A stretch of DNA of 17,691 bases, from assembly GCA_046758365.1 (NCBI GenBank), contig JBHIAC010000059.1, positions 1-17,691 of the forward strand. The letters are read 5' to 3'. The position numbers were made by a program, and so were the translations under genes. Below are positions 16,473 to 17,691 of the stretch, piece after piece. Positions within the stretch are counted from its first letter, which is position 1; the number at the start of each line of letters is the position of its first letter. Below the pieces are notes generated by a model, which was not told the DNA's origin, ran no database searches, and saw only the letters and a list, made by a program, of their open reading frames with translations. This DNA is from a bacterium. Lineage in GTDB: Bacteria > Zhuqueibacterota > Zhuqueibacteria > Oceanimicrobiales > Oceanimicrobiaceae.

Positions 16473-17393
16473 TTAAAACTCCGCACCATTAGTATTATTT
16501 TTGGAAAAGTCTAAATTTTTTGGCTGAATGCCAGCCAAATAGGTTCTCTCAAATACCGCCCCTTCGATAATGGCCCCTGTTAAATTAGCACGGCTTAGAT
16601 TAGCCTCTCGACAAATAGCCCGAGTCAGATTAGCCCCTTCAAAATTAGCGTAAGAAAAGTTAGCACTCCCTGAACGAATAAAATACAGATTAGCCTTTTT
16701 AAAATTCGCTTTGCGAGCATCGGTTCCTACAAAATTGGCACGATTCAAGTCTGCTTGTTCAAAATCTGCATCCAACAAAAGCGCACCACCCAAAATAGCA
16801 AATGCACCATGAACGCCTCTAGCGTGAGTACCTTTCATAATTGCGAAAGCGAAATTGGCTTCATCTAAAGTAGCTTGTTTCAAGTTAGCTCCAATAAAAA
16901 TGGCGTGGCGTGCAGAGACTTTAGTTAAATCAGCTTTAGAAAGATTGGCAAAACTTAAGTTAGCGTAATTTAATTCTGCAGAGTTTAAATTGCTATCAGA
17001 TAAATTTGCCTGGTCTAATAAAGCTCCTTCTAGTTTGATTGAGATTAGTTTTGCATTGCTCAAATTTGCCCTTTCTAAATTGGCCCTTCGGAATTCGCTT
17101 CCAGAAAAATCAGCATTCGAAAGGTTTGCTTCTTTCAAATAAGTGGCCGTAAAATTACAGTCTTCAAATTTCCCATTTGAAATATTAATTGCGCCCAAGT
17201 TGACTTTAGCAAAATAACCGCCGGAGAAATCGTGGCCATCTCGAACTAAATCCTCAATTTTGCTTCGATAGCCAGCTTTATCATCTGTGTGCTGCCAGCA
17301 ATAATTAGACTCCGAAACGGCATCAAAAAAACAACCGGAATGTTGGCAGGGGGAATTTTCTTCATCTTTGTAGGCTTTAAAACGATTAGTCAT
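16473..17393 (-). CDS. Pentapeptide repeat protein with N-terminal C-x4-C-x10-C-x2-H motif
   Basis: A-N/D-L/F-x-x repeats from about aa 53 to the C-terminus (ANLSN, ADFSG, ANLER...); CQHSGC...CWQH near the N-terminus; AAGGA upstream; no signal peptide. Confidence 0.93.
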   Translation of the reverse strand: MTNRFKAYKDEENSPCQHSGCFFDAVSESNYCWQHTDDKAGYRSKIEDLVRDGHDFSGGYFAKVNLGAINISNGKFEDCNFTATYLKEANLSNADFSGSEFRRANLERANLSNAKLISIKLEGALLDQANLSDSNLNSAELNYANLSFANLSKADLTKVSARHAIFIGANLKQATLDEANFAFAIMKGTHARGVHGAFAILGGALLLDADFEQADLNRANFVGTDARKANFKKANLYFIRSGSANFSYANFEGANLTRAICREANLSRANLTGAIIEGAVFERTYLAGIQPKNLDFSKNNTNGAEF

Positions 17394-17599
17394 TATACTT
17401 CCTTTAGCAAAGAAAAATACTCTTCTCTTGTTATTCCTTAGGCATATTAGGGTATACTTACAAATTCTGTTGCAACCAGCTTATTGCCTCCACTTATTCA
17501 ATCTTAAAGGTCATTCCGTGATTATCCCAATCCACAGCCTGGTGATCAATATAGACAACTATGACGCTTAAATTCCATTCAATCTCGTTTAAATGAATC

Positions 17600-17689
17600 T
17601 TAACTAAGATACCCAAACTCCTTCAAGACCTTTTCGTCTTGACGCCACTTTTCCTTTACTTTCACCCAAAGCTCTAAGAACACAGGACG
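17600..17689 (-). CDS. era: GTPase Era, 3' end only (end of the KH domain); absent from the ORF track
   Basis: Manual translation gives RPVFLELWVKVKEKWRQDEKVLKEFGYLS*, matching the Era C-terminal pattern V-x-L-x-LWVKV-x3-WR...L-x2-GY. Confidence 0.88.
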   Translation of the reverse strand, partial: RPVFLELWVKVKEKWRQDEKVLKEFGYLS

Positions 17690-17691
17690 GC

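Noticed and set aside
17394..17599. Small ORF between era and the pentapeptide gene (...IEWNLSVIVVYIDHQAVDWDNHGMTFKIE*)
   Set aside because: No start codon with a properly spaced SD, no recognisable motif, and it overlaps a repeat remnant.

Overview
AT-rich bacterial chromosomal segment with no phage, transposase, CRISPR, rRNA or tRNA recognised. A Por/T9SS-type C-terminal sorting domain with a FlgD-Ig-like insert suggests an FCB-related lineage such as KSB1, Calditrichota or Ignavibacteria (inference). The + strand block (1-7563) encodes only exported proteins: the 3' part of a large CTD-bearing protein, a trypsin-fold protein with all three catalytic residues replaced and a Trp/Gly-rich hydrophobic plus Pro-rich tail, an M20D amidohydrolase with a signal peptide, a LolA-like protein and an 11-Asp-box Vps10/BNR beta-propeller protein. 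The convergent - strand block (7977-17691) encodes TonB, RNase R, a Na+:solute symporter, a DUF151-UVR nuclease, a SpoIID/LytB lipoprotein with a SPOR-like domain, an MBL-fold hydrolase, a pentapeptide-repeat protein with an N-terminal C3H motif, and the 3' end of era. The least explained signals are (i) the pseudoprotease and its candidate sorting tail, and (ii) several structured intergenic elements: a CTAG-bounded 107-bp MITE-like element, a 98-bp inverted-repeat element, a ~220-nt multi-hairpin leader ahead of the symporter-rnr operon, and mutually exclusive hairpins ahead of the Vps10-like gene. I cannot claim a complete new system from this window alone.
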